A stretch of DNA of 64,000 nt from Gemmatimonadales bacterium (GTDB lineage Bacteria > Gemmatimonadota > Gemmatimonadetes > Gemmatimonadales > Gemmatimonadaceae), in NCBI GenBank assembly GCA_038319245.1, contig JBBQDB010000001.1, forward strand, positions 2,679-66,678. The letters are read 5' to 3'. The translations under genes and the position numbers were made by a program. The notes under the pieces were generated by a model. It saw only the letters and a program-made list of their open reading frames with translations, was not told the origin of the DNA and searched no databases. Of this stretch, positions 20,568-30,115 are shown piece by piece (within the stretch, counting starts at the first letter, position 1; each line of letters opens with the position of its first letter).

Positions 20568-20849
20568 CTCAAGAACGTCGAACGTGTGACGTGACATCCG
20601 TCGCGCCGGTACGGTTTGTCGGTCACGCCGTGTACACGTGCGCATGTGGTTTTGCGAATGCGCGGCAAGTTGGTCACGATCGGGCATTGGTTGGGGATGG
20701 CCGCATTACCGAGGGAATGATTCGATGACGGATGACACACCCGGCCTCGCTATCCGTGGCCGATGTTCACCACTTGCGCACACCTCGTCGCCGAGCTGAC
20801 CGTATAGCCATACCGTGCAAGCGCGCCTCTTCGCATCCCGGTTCTGCGC

Positions 20850-21049
20850 ACACGGTCTGGACGACGACTGATCTCGAGCGATTGCCCGACGACGGGAATC
20901 GTTTCGAGATTCTGCACGGCGAACTGCTCGTGACGCCGCTGCCATCGAATGGTCACCAAGGCGTTGCGGGACGGCTGTTCGTGCGGCTCGCGAACCGGTG
21001 CACCGCGCACACCGTGACTGATGCGGACCTGTTTGGAGCGCGCGAGTGA
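20850..21049 (+). pseudogene. Truncated Uma2-family (DUF820) endonuclease remnant
   Basis: WTTTDLERLPDDGNRFEILHGELLVTPLP..GHQ matches the Uma2 N-terminus, but the frame stops before the PD-(D/E)xK core. Confidence 0.7.
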
Positions 21050-21173
21050 CAGTTGCGTGTGGCGTGCCAGGACAACGTCGGCGACGTACATTAGTTTAAC
21101 TATCGATGACTGCGTAGGCACAGGGATAGCGGTCACGCAGTGTTGTTATGTGCTGCTGTCATGCATAAAACGC

Positions 21174-22049
21174 TCACGGATGCGCACGCGCGAGTGCAAT
21201 AAACCAGACATCGTCGATAAACCATTGTGCGTGGACCGCCGGTGCGACGTGTGCAAATTCTGGGAGCAACAACTCAACATCTACTTGACCATCCGCATGG
21301 ACGTCGAGCGCCACTTCGGTGAAGCCGACGTAGCGCTGCACGATCGGATCAATCGCTTTGTAGATCGCTTCCTTAAGCGCAAAACGGAGCAGCGTCGCTT
21401 CACGATGCGCGAGCGGATCGAGTGCGCTGATGGCGTCGAGTTCACGCGCGGTGAGAATGCGCGTCGCAATAGACGGTCGCTGCAGATCGGCCTCGATGGC
21501 GCGTCCTTCCAGATCGATGCCGACGTGACCGCGCGCGTTGGCAAGTGCGGCTGCGACAGCGCGTGTGCGCTTGTGACTGACAGAACCGAGTACGCCCGTG
21601 GGGAGACGCGGCGCGCCGCGATGGTCGGTGAGCAGCGCGGGTAGTTCGAGAAACGGCGCCGTCGCCCGCGACGCCGATCGGAGGGCCACGCGTCCGGCGA
21701 GAAAGGTCGCACGCCGGAGCGCTGTCATGTTGGCGGCGTGCGCGATTTCGTCGTCGTGCAACACTTCTTGCACCACTTCTTGCACCACTTCTTGCACTAC
21801 TTCGTGTGACGCCTCGTGCAGTGAAGCGCGTCCGCTTGGCGTTGCGCCATCATCGACGCCGGCATCCGCTGCCGCACTGGTGCGCGCACCGGGTCCTGCC
21901 GCTGCTTCGCGAGCGGTGGACAACGTGTTGTCGTCCGTTGACCGGTCGTCGATAGGGACGGACGCAACGGCAATCGCTTCGCCCGTGGCCAGGAACGGAA
22001 TAAGCGCGACATGAGGCGGCGCGGCAGAAACGACGGGCGAGTGGCGCAT
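21174..22049 (-). CDS. 4'-phosphopantetheinyl transferase (EntD/Sfp-like); start may lie further downstream
   Basis: FLAGRVALR, GAP.LP.G..GSVSHK, VGIDLE, FALKEAIYKA motifs; low-complexity N-terminal extension. Confidence 0.85.
   Translation of the reverse strand: MRHSPVVSAAPPHVALIPFLATGEAIAVASVPIDDRSTDDNTLSTAREAAAGPGARTSAAADAGVDDGATPSGRASLHEASHEVVQEVVQEVVQEVLHDDEIAHAANMTALRRATFLAGRVALRSASRATAPFLELPALLTDHRGAPRLPTGVLGSVSHKRTRAVAAALANARGHVGIDLEGRAIEADLQRPSIATRILTARELDAISALDPLAHREATLLRFALKEAIYKAIDPIVQRYVGFTEVALDVHADGQVDVELLLPEFAHVAPAVHAQWFIDDVWFIALARAHP
21757..21804. repeat. 12-bp tandem repeat x4 (TGCACCACTTCT), encoding EVVQ repeats in the PPTase
   Basis: Units tgcaacacttct, tgcaccacttct, tgcaccacttct, tgcactacttcg. 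Confidence 0.85.
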
Positions 22050-22329
22050 GTCACAACCTCATGGCGCGACGTTCTATCGGCAACTGTTCCCAGCCTGCGC
22101 CGGCCGAGAATGTGACGGCGGTTCGCCAGTCAACCGATGCAACCCAAGTGCAGGAACGGCGATACAATGGGCAAACGAAGGTGCGCGTGTTTGTTTTCGG
22201 TGGATTAGGGGAGCGTCGGTAGCAGGTGGTCGCGGCCGCTGCGCTGGACGATGTGCAGACGTCGCGTGCAGGTGGTGGATGTCCGAGGTGTTCGCGTCAT
22301 CGATTTCCCCGATCAGTCACGAGTATCGT

Positions 22330-23697
22330 ATGAGCGAATCAACGCAACGCCCACGCGCGGGAAACGTCGACCGCGCGCTCACAACCGACAATCGCACCGC
22401 GGTGACGCGCGCGTGGTACGTCGTCTTCGTGCTGACGTTGGCGAATGTATCGGGCTTTGTCGATCGACAGATCCTGACGCTGCTGACGATCCCCATCAAG
22501 CGCGATCTGCACGTGACGGATACGCAGGTCAGTCTCCTCATGGGACTGGGCTTCGTCGTCATCTACTCACTGCTTGGGCTGCCGATTGGGCGTTGGGTCG
22601 ATCGGGGACGTCGAACGCTCATTGTCGCGCTGGGCGCGCTGGCGTGGAGTGTGATGACGGCCGCGACCGGTCTCGCCAACGGCTTCAATCAATTCTTCGC
22701 GGCGCGTGTCGGTGTCGGGATTGGAGAAGCGACGCTTGGCCCAGCTGCCGTCTCGATGATCGCTGACGCCTTTCCGCGACGCCGCCTTGGGACCGCGATG
22801 AGCGTGTACATGATGGGCACGTTTTTTGGCTCTGGTGTCGCATACGCGTTGGGCGCTTGGGTCATCGGTGGTCTCGATACGCCAGGTCTCATGCATGTGC
22901 CGTTCTTCGGCGACATCCATCCGTGGCAGCGCGTGTTCTTCATCGTCGGGCTGCCGGGCATTCTGGTAGCGTTACTGGCCATCACGATGCGCGAACCCGC
23001 TCGGCAGGCGACGCCGTCTGGGAAGACCGATCGCGCGAAGGTGCCCTTCAGTGAAATGTTTGCGTACGTTCGCGCGCATTCACGAACGATGACGACGATC
23101 GGCGTCGGGTACTCAATGTCGGTTGCAGTGAACTACGGAGTCGGTGCGTGGCTGACGCCGTTCTTCATCCGCACGCATGGCTGGACGGTGCAACAGGCAG
23201 GTCTGCTGCAAGGTACGATGACGATGACCTTCGGCGTGGTTGGTTCGTTGCTCGGTGGCTGGCTGACCGATCGCTGGACGCGTCGCGGTCTGACCGACGC
23301 ACCGATCGTCGTTGGCATGGTGGGCGCGGCGGGAATGCTGGTGAGCGCGGGGCTTTTTCCGATCGTGTCGTCCGCGACCGTTGCGGCCTTCCTCGTTGTG
23401 CCGCTCAACATCTTCGCGGCGATGCCGTGGGGCGCGGCGAATACGGCAGTCGCCGAAGTGATGCCGGCGCGCATGCGTGGGCAGGGGAGTGCGTTATACC
23501 AGCTGGTACTCAATCTCACAGGAGGCGCACTCGGACCAACGGCCGTTGCGCTGCTCACCGATCGGGTCTTCGGTGACGACAAGGCGCTGCGCTACTCGCT
23601 GAGTATCTGCGCGGTTATCGGAATGACCCTGACGATCGCGATACTCGGCGCGGGTCGCAGTGCGTATCGGAAGACCATCGAGTCGCGGCCGGCGTAG
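22330..23697 (+). CDS. MFS transporter, spinster-like
   Basis: FVDRQIL, GRWVDRGRR, RVGVGIGEA, about 12 TM segments. Confidence 0.9.
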   Translation: MSESTQRPRAGNVDRALTTDNRTAVTRAWYVVFVLTLANVSGFVDRQILTLLTIPIKRDLHVTDTQVSLLMGLGFVVIYSLLGLPIGRWVDRGRRTLIVALGALAWSVMTAATGLANGFNQFFAARVGVGIGEATLGPAAVSMIADAFPRRRLGTAMSVYMMGTFFGSGVAYALGAWVIGGLDTPGLMHVPFFGDIHPWQRVFFIVGLPGILVALLAITMREPARQATPSGKTDRAKVPFSEMFAYVRAHSRTMTTIGVGYSMSVAVNYGVGAWLTPFFIRTHGWTVQQAGLLQGTMTMTFGVVGSLLGGWLTDRWTRRGLTDAPIVVGMVGAAGMLVSAGLFPIVSSATVAAFLVVPLNIFAAMPWGAANTAVAEVMPARMRGQGSALYQLVLNLTGGALGPTAVALLTDRVFGDDKALRYSLSICAVIGMTLTIAILGAGRSAYRKTIESRPA

Positions 23698-23702
23698 CGC
23701 GG

Positions 23703-23979
23703 GAACTGCGAGCCGCAAATTTCGCGGATGGCGCGGATAAAGAACGGCGAACTGCGGGACGCGAATTACGCGAATGTCGCGAATTGGCGTGGAGCACGGG
23801 AGATGACGGCGCGACGGGCGAGATCGTGCATGCTTTTTGGGGGGGTGAACTGCGCGCGTTAGGCAGTCCCGGATACGGATCCAAAATACCCCAAACTGTT
23901 TCGCGAAGTCGGTGGCCACCGCGAAAATCAAATTCGTGTCATTCGCGAAATTCGCGTCCCGCAGTTCGCTGTTTATCCG
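23703..23979. repeat. Intergenic repeat element with 9-mer periodicity and ~50-bp inverted arms (REP/MITE-like)
   Basis: Two direct units (GAACTGCG + 3x CGCGRATNN-like) at 23703-23740 and 23749-23786, and one inverted unit at 23931-23979. Confidence 0.75.
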
Positions 23980-23983
23980 AGCC

Positions 23984-25255
23984 TCAGAGCCGCCGACGCG
24001 ACCCGCTCGCGACCACGTTGCCGGCCAGCAACCCGGCGGCCAGCGAGATCCCGATAATCAACAGCCGAAAACCGGTCGCCACGCCCGCTTCCACCTGCTG
24101 GCCAAGCATCGACGTCACGCTCCGAAAGCCGACACTTCCCGGTACGAGAATCAACAGCCCCGGCACGACAGTCACGATTGCCGAGCGACGAAAGTAGCGG
24201 GCGATGATGTTGCTCCCGGCACTCACCACGAAGGCCCCGAGAAACGCTCCGAGCTCCTCGCCCATCGTCGCGCCCGCGAAGCGCGAGGTGAGGTACGCGG
24301 CCACGGACGCGAGCATGATCCATCCAGCGTCGCGTGCTTCCGCATTGAGCAGGACCATGAACGCGAGCGGGGCGATGAGCAGCGCGATCCACTCCGACCA
24401 AAACGGGAGCGAGCTATGTGGCAGCCACGCGAATCCTTCCAGCGGCACGTCGAGCCCCGCGTGCACGCCGAGCCATGTCCCCAGCTTCGCGCCGAGGGCG
24501 AGTCCGAAGCCAAGTCCCAGGAATACGACGATCGCGCCGCTCAGACGCGCGGTGCCTGACGCGAGATGGCGCGTTGAGAGTTCGGCCAGTGCCACCGTGA
24601 AAGAGAGCCCGGGCAGCAATACGACCAGCCCCGCGAGCGACGTCGCGTAGCCCGTTCCCGAATGCGACATCACGTCGACGGTGAGCGCGAGCGTCGTGAC
24701 GACAAACGCGGCCAGCGGCTCGGTGACGTGTCGCCACGCGTCGTTCTTGGCGCAGGCGAGCGAAATGCCGCCAGTCACGAGGCCGAGCACTGCCGCGACG
24801 AGTACGTCGCTGGTGAACACGCGGAGAAAGCAAGCGACGGCAGCGGACGCGAGGATAAACGCGAGCAAGGTGAGCCAGCGCGGCCACCGTGGTGGCTCAA
24901 CGAGCAGCGCCTGAATCCGGCGCAGCCCCTCCGTCGGCGAAAGGCCACCCTCGGTGATGCCCGTCGTGATCGCACCGAGTCGCGAGAGGTGGCCGAGGTT
25001 CGGCTCACCCGGTTCGACGCGCATGAGGTGGACCCGCTGCGTGTCCATCGGTCCGAAACCGACCATGAGGCTCGTCGGCGTCGAAAAGAACTCGGCCGTC
25101 AGCCCCAGTTTGTGTGCCACCGTCATGAGCAGTACTTCAAGTCGATGCGCGGGCGTCCCGTGCTGGTGCAAAGCGCGCGCCAACTCAAGGACGAAACGCG
25201 TCTCGATCATGTGCGTTGGCGCGTCAGGCGACGTCTCGGGCACGACAAGTGACAT
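23984..25255 (-). CDS. Threonine/serine exporter family (ThrE) protein
   Basis: LHQHGTPAHRLE, LLPG..FT.A..EL..HL.SGTAR and LVPGS motifs; about 10 TM segments. Confidence 0.88.
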   Translation of the reverse strand: MSLVVPETSPDAPTHMIETRFVLELARALHQHGTPAHRLEVLLMTVAHKLGLTAEFFSTPTSLMVGFGPMDTQRVHLMRVEPGEPNLGHLSRLGAITTGITEGGLSPTEGLRRIQALLVEPPRWPRWLTLLAFILASAAVACFLRVFTSDVLVAAVLGLVTGGISLACAKNDAWRHVTEPLAAFVVTTLALTVDVMSHSGTGYATSLAGLVVLLPGLSFTVALAELSTRHLASGTARLSGAIVVFLGLGFGLALGAKLGTWLGVHAGLDVPLEGFAWLPHSSLPFWSEWIALLIAPLAFMVLLNAEARDAGWIMLASVAAYLTSRFAGATMGEELGAFLGAFVVSAGSNIIARYFRRSAIVTVVPGLLILVPGSVGFRSVTSMLGQQVEAGVATGFRLLIIGISLAAGLLAGNVVASGSRRRL

Positions 25256-25438
25256 GACGCAGCGTACGAGGTGACGCCAGCCTGCGCAACGGCCCTACGT
25301 CCTAGTCCTCGCTGTGCGCCCCTGCCACGCGCTACCGCCATACGCCACCACCTCGGACGCAACGGCGATGCGCTACCTTGCGTTGTCCAACGTAGTCAAC
25401 CCGGACACCTCAGTTGGTCAACTTCACACCGACTCGCC

Positions 25439-25942
25439 ATGCTTCGTATTCCGACCGCGGTTCGCCGCGTTGCTCGCGCCGTTCGTCACCTGCCGATGCT
25501 TGCCGGCGCGGCGGTCTTTGCCGCCTGCAGCAGCAACGATACGCCCGATATTCCGTCCAATCCGGCCGTTGAGGTCTATGCGGCGGGTCTCGGCGTCAAC
25601 ATTGCGAACATGACGAAGAAGCAGGACGCGCTGTACATCCAGGATTTGGTCGTGGGTACCGGCGCGGATGCCGTGGTCGGGAAGACGCTGCGGATGGTCT
25701 ACTCCGGGTCTCTGATCAATGGCACCAAGTTCGATTCGAACGTCGGTGGTGCGGCCTTCACGTTCACGCTCGGCGCTGGCCAAGTCATTGCCGGATGGGA
25801 TCTCGGGATTCAAGGCATGAAGGTCGGCGGAAAGCGGAAGCTCGTCATCGGCTCGGCGTTGGGCTACGGTCGCGCGGGCAGTGGCCCGATTCCGGCCAAC
25901 GCGACGCTCGTCTTCGACGTCGAAATTCTGAGTCTGCAGTAA
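25439..25942 (+). CDS. FKBP-type peptidyl-prolyl isomerase, lipoprotein
   Basis: Lipobox FAA-C; YSG.L.NGTKFDS, VIAGWD.GI.GMKVGGKRKL, LGYG, IPANATLVFDVE. Confidence 0.92.
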   Translation: MLRIPTAVRRVARAVRHLPMLAGAAVFAACSSNDTPDIPSNPAVEVYAAGLGVNIANMTKKQDALYIQDLVVGTGADAVVGKTLRMVYSGSLINGTKFDSNVGGAAFTFTLGAGQVIAGWDLGIQGMKVGGKRKLVIGSALGYGRAGSGPIPANATLVFDVEILSLQ

Positions 25943-26051
25943 ATCAGTCCGAGTTCGTCATCGTGTAGCCGCCTCGTATCGGTGGCGCAAACACAAATGC
26001 GTGCGGCATGGATCATCGTCCATTGCCGCACGCATCTTTCTTGCCCCGCGA

Positions 26052-28286
26052 TCAGGGCACCGGCCGCGCCATCGTCTTGATCTCGTACTCCTTGGGCGGT
26101 TCTGCACCAGCCAGCCACTTCACGAAATAGTCCCAGCGACGGCGCATCATGTAGTTGGACATGTTGCCGTACCCGTGCGGTTGATTCGGAAGCATGAGCA
26201 GATCGAAGTCTTTGTTGGCTTTGATCAGCGCATCGGCGACGAGCAGGGTGTTGTACGGCGGCACGTTGTTGTCCATCGTGCCGTGCGCGAGCAGCAAGTG
26301 TCCCTTGAGATTCTTCGCGAACGTTTGGTTTGCCTCGATATCGTAATTGTCTTTGCCATCAGGCGTCTTTTCGAGCATCCCCTGATAGCGCTCGCCCCAG
26401 TCATCTTCGTAGACGCGTTGGTCGTGATTGCCCGACTCGGCGATGCCCACCTTGAAGAAATCGGGAAAGCGGAACATCGCGTCAGCGGTGATGAAGCCAC
26501 CACCCGAGTGTCCCCACATCGCGGCTTTGTCGATGTCGATGTACGGATATTGGTTGGCGAGGTCCTGCATGCCTGAGATCTGATCCGGAACGGTGTTGTC
26601 GCGCCCCATCCGGCCGTAATACGCATCGTGAAACGACTTCGAACGACCGGGTGTACCGCGTCCGTCAATCGACACCACGACGAAGCCCAATTCCGCGAGC
26701 GCCTGCTTATCCCCGCGTGCCGCAGCGAAGGAGCGTGCGCCAACGCTGCCGCTTTGCGGGCCTGGGTAGGCGTTGTTGATGATCGGATACTTCTTCGACT
26801 TATCGAGATTCGTCGGTACGAACATCATGCCATAGAGATCGGTCGCGCCGTCCGCGGCTTTCACCTTGATCGGAATCGGCGGCTTCCAGCCCGTGGCCAC
26901 GAGCTTCGTGATGTCGGCTTTCTCGAGCGGCAGCACCAGCTTGCCGGCCGCGTCACGAAGCGCGACGACGGGCGGTACGTCAGGAGATGAGTACGTGTCG
27001 ATGAGATACTTACCGCTCGGGCTCAGCTGCGCCGAGTGATCGCCGACATCTGGCGTTAGGGTCACTTGCGGCGACTTGCCATCGAGTCCGATGCGGTAAT
27101 AGTGTGCGAAGTACGGGTCCTGTCCCTTCGCGCGTCCGTTGGCCGCGTACCAGAGCGTGCGCGTGGCCGAATCGATGCGCACGATCTGCGTAACCGGACC
27201 TTCGCCGTTCGTAATTTTGTGCTTGAGTTTTCCGGAGGTCAGGTCGTACAGATAGAGCTGTCCCCAATCGTCGCGCTGCGAGTACCACACGACTTCCTTC
27301 GACGCCCACAGCACGCGCCACCCAGTGCGCGATTCAAAGTGTGTCGCGGCTGATTCATCGAACACCGTGCGCACCGCGCCAGTGCTTGCGTCGGCCACGC
27401 GCAATGTGGTCTGCTTGTGGTCGCGCGAAGTCGAGGCGAGCGCCAACTGGGAACCATCGGGGCTCCAGTTGTAGTCGGCCATCGTGATGTTGTCGCCGAT
27501 CGTGCCGCGATGAAACTGTGGCGGCAACTGCAGGCGCGTGACCTTTTTCGCATCGACGTCGATAACGACGTGCGTCAGCATCGCGACGACGCTGTCGCCG
27601 GGCAACGGATACTTCCATGCTTTCATCGTCGGGTGACCAGCCTTTGTTTCGACGATGAACATGTCTCCCACTTTGCGCTCGTCCTGCTGCGCGGTGGCAA
27701 TTTTCTTCGAGTCTGGCGACCAGAGTAGGATCGCGCGATCGCTCGTCACCCAACCGGCGTTGTCGGTCGCGTACCCGTTGTTCGTGCTGCCGTCGGTCGT
27801 GAGCTGCGTCTCTTTCGACGTCGCAATATCCCGCACCCAGAGATTCCAATCGCGCACAAACGCAGATCGCTTACCATCGGGCGACGTGACCGCGTTACCC
27901 GCTCCTCCGGCGCGACCACCGCCGCCACGTCCGCCGCGTCCACCCGCTGCCGCCGAATCGAGATTGGCAGGAAGGCCGGGACAGTTGCTGCGCGTTGCGT
28001 CGCACACCGTGCGCGTCTTCTTGGCAGGATCGACAAGCACGAGCTGTACCCCTGCCGCGCCGCTCGTGCGATACCAGAAGCGATCGTCGGGTAGCCAGTT
28101 CGCGGCAACCGCGCCGCCTTCGACCAGCCCACCCAAACTCGGCGCAAGCTGTCGCGACGCGCGATCGTAATCTGCGATGGTGTAGACGCGTGTCGGCTGT
28201 GCGTGCGCGGTCGCGGCGACCAACGCGCTCAGTGCGAGCAAGGCGTGCGCAGATATGCGAATCGTGCGCAAAACAGAGTGGTGCAT
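26052..28286 (-). CDS. Secreted S9B dipeptidyl-peptidase IV-like serine peptidase
   Basis: Signal peptide AHA-Q, DPP IV N-terminal propeller, YPGPQ, nucleophile GHSGGG, HGTMDNNV, PNQPH. Confidence 0.92.
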   Translation of the reverse strand: MHHSVLRTIRISAHALLALSALVAATAHAQPTRVYTIADYDRASRQLAPSLGGLVEGGAVAANWLPDDRFWYRTSGAAGVQLVLVDPAKKTRTVCDATRSNCPGLPANLDSAAAGGRGGRGGGGRAGGAGNAVTSPDGKRSAFVRDWNLWVRDIATSKETQLTTDGSTNNGYATDNAGWVTSDRAILLWSPDSKKIATAQQDERKVGDMFIVETKAGHPTMKAWKYPLPGDSVVAMLTHVVIDVDAKKVTRLQLPPQFHRGTIGDNITMADYNWSPDGSQLALASTSRDHKQTTLRVADASTGAVRTVFDESAATHFESRTGWRVLWASKEVVWYSQRDDWGQLYLYDLTSGKLKHKITNGEGPVTQIVRIDSATRTLWYAANGRAKGQDPYFAHYYRIGLDGKSPQVTLTPDVGDHSAQLSPSGKYLIDTYSSPDVPPVVALRDAAGKLVLPLEKADITKLVATGWKPPIPIKVKAADGATDLYGMMFVPTNLDKSKKYPIINNAYPGPQSGSVGARSFAAARGDKQALAELGFVVVSIDGRGTPGRSKSFHDAYYGRMGRDNTVPDQISGMQDLANQYPYIDIDKAAMWGHSGGGFITADAMFRFPDFFKVGIAESGNHDQRVYEDDWGERYQGMLEKTPDGKDNYDIEANQTFAKNLKGHLLLAHGTMDNNVPPYNTLLVADALIKANKDFDLLMLPNQPHGYGNMSNYMMRRRWDYFVKWLAGAEPPKEYEIKTMARPVP

Positions 28287-28493
28287 AACGTCCTCGGAAA
28301 AGCGATGTGCGGATGACCGGTAAGCCTACGAGTCGCGGTGTCGGGCGCCGAGCACGCAGCTTGTTGCGACGGTGCGGAGAGAGTACTGCGCCGACTGTCG
28401 CGTTCGATAGACACCTACGCCACATTGCCAGAGATCGTTGTCGGCGTACCGCGTCCGCGCGCCGGCCACACGTATCTCCACGGCCAACGTCTC

Positions 28494-29756
28494 ATGCACA
28501 TTTTCGAACTCGACCGGATTGGCGCATTCTGCCGTCACACGCACGCCGAAGCGTTCGGCGCAAGCGCAGGACCGCTCGCCGGTCTGACGTTCGGGCTCAA
28601 GGACATCTACGACGTCGCGGGGCACCACACAGGATTTGGCAGCCCCGATTGGCTGCGCTCGCACGAGGCTGCACGGGTAAACGCGCCGGTGCTGCAGCGA
28701 CTGCTCGACGCGGGCGCCAGCATGCTCGGTAAGACGCACACCGAGGAGATGGCGTTCAGCATTACCGGCGAGAATGCGCACTATGGCACGCCGATGAATG
28801 TCGCCGCGCCCGGGCGCGTCCCCGGTGGCTCGTCGAGCGGATCGGCGGCGGCGGTCGCGGGCGGACTCGTGGACTTCTCAATTGGGAGCGATACCGGCGG
28901 CTCGGTGCGCGCGCCAGCGAGCTTCTGTGGAATTTATGGCATTCGCCCAACGCACGGCCGCATTGCCATGACGGGCGCGTGTCCGCTCGCACCGAGCTTT
29001 GATACCTGCGGTTGGTTTGCGCGCGACGCTGAGCTGCTGGCGCGTGTCGGTGACGTGCTGTTCGGCAATGCAACAGCGGATGACGCAAGAACCGGCGTGG
29101 CGCGGCATGGCGCAGCGTCGGCACACAGTGTCGCGGCATTACCCGGACGGTTGTTGTTCGCACAGGACGCGTTCGCACTCGTCATGCCGGACGCGCACGA
29201 TGCGTTGTTGGCGGCTGCGGCGCACATCGAGCAACAGTTAGGTGATGCCGAGCGTGTGATCGTGAGCGCGGACGGTCTGTCTGCGTGGTTCGATGTCTTC
29301 CGCACATTGCAATTCGCCGAAATTCAGGCGACGCACGGCGAATGGATTGCGACGGATCGTCCAACATTTGGTCCTGCAATCGCGCAACGGTTCATCGCCG
29401 TCGCGAGCGCGGACGCATCGCAGGTCGCGCCAGCACTCGAGGCGCGTCGCACAATTTCTGCGCATCTCGAACAGCTGCTGCGCGACAATTCGGTCTTGAT
29501 CGTACCGACCATGCCGGATATCGCGCCGAAACTGCAATCGCCCGCCGACGAAACGATCGCGTTTCGGGAACGGGCAATGGGCATGCTCTGCATCGCAGGG
29601 CTCGGTGGCCTACCGCAGGTCAGTCTGCCGTTTGCGCATCTGCATGGGTGCCCAGTCGGCGTTTCGTTGATAGCGGCGCGCGGCAACGATGAAATGCTGC
29701 TCGCGCTCGCTCGCCAGATTACTCCAATGCTTACTCGGCCGTCGTCGGGTCGATGA
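28494..29756 (+). CDS. Amidase-signature family amidase
   Basis: GLKDIYDVAG, PGGSSSGSAAAVA, GSDTGGSVRAPASFCG (Ser-cisSer-Lys triad). Confidence 0.92.
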   Translation: MHIFELDRIGAFCRHTHAEAFGASAGPLAGLTFGLKDIYDVAGHHTGFGSPDWLRSHEAARVNAPVLQRLLDAGASMLGKTHTEEMAFSITGENAHYGTPMNVAAPGRVPGGSSSGSAAAVAGGLVDFSIGSDTGGSVRAPASFCGIYGIRPTHGRIAMTGACPLAPSFDTCGWFARDAELLARVGDVLFGNATADDARTGVARHGAASAHSVAALPGRLLFAQDAFALVMPDAHDALLAAAAHIEQQLGDAERVIVSADGLSAWFDVFRTLQFAEIQATHGEWIATDRPTFGPAIAQRFIAVASADASQVAPALEARRTISAHLEQLLRDNSVLIVPTMPDIAPKLQSPADETIAFRERAMGMLCIAGLGGLPQVSLPFAHLHGCPVGVSLIAARGNDEMLLALARQITPMLTRPSSGR

Positions 29757-30003
29757 TGCTCATGACTTTGGAGACCTTATTCGCCGGGAAGCCACCGCGC
29801 TGCGCATGCTCAACGACCATGGCCTCATTCGGCGCGTTGTAGATGCAATTGATCTTGTCGCCGGTGACGTAGCTGTGTACCCACTGAATCGACGGGCCCA
29901 TCTCCGACAACACGCCGCACGATGTCTGGCTGATTCCGTGCAAGTGTTCTGCGGTCAGATCACCTGCGCCAGGGATCTCGCGCTCAATCACGTACTTGGG
30001 CAT
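29731..30003 (-). CDS. DUF4242 (SCO4226-like) small protein
   Basis: MPKYVIEREIPGAG...QWVHSYV..DKI.C.Y.AP.E..V.EHA..GGFPAN...IDPTTAE. Confidence 0.85.
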   Translation of the reverse strand: MPKYVIEREIPGAGDLTAEHLHGISQTSCGVLSEMGPSIQWVHSYVTGDKINCIYNAPNEAMVVEHAQRGGFPANKVSKVMSIIDPTTAE

Positions 30004-30115
30004 CAGCTGGCTCCATCGGTATTGAGAAGCGCCGGAAACTCCGCGAACGCAAAACGTATCGCGGGCCGTGCGCTGCGGCCAGCCGACGCGCATGCCCTGC
30101 GGATGAATTTCGTCG

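Noticed and set aside
21054-21069. Minus-strand TGGCAC-GCCAC-ACGCA sigma-54-like site
   Set aside because: The -12 element is weak and there is no downstream gene on that strand.
23703-23979. Possible CRISPR array
   Set aside because: Only three degenerate units, one of them inverted, with no regular unique spacers and no cas genes.
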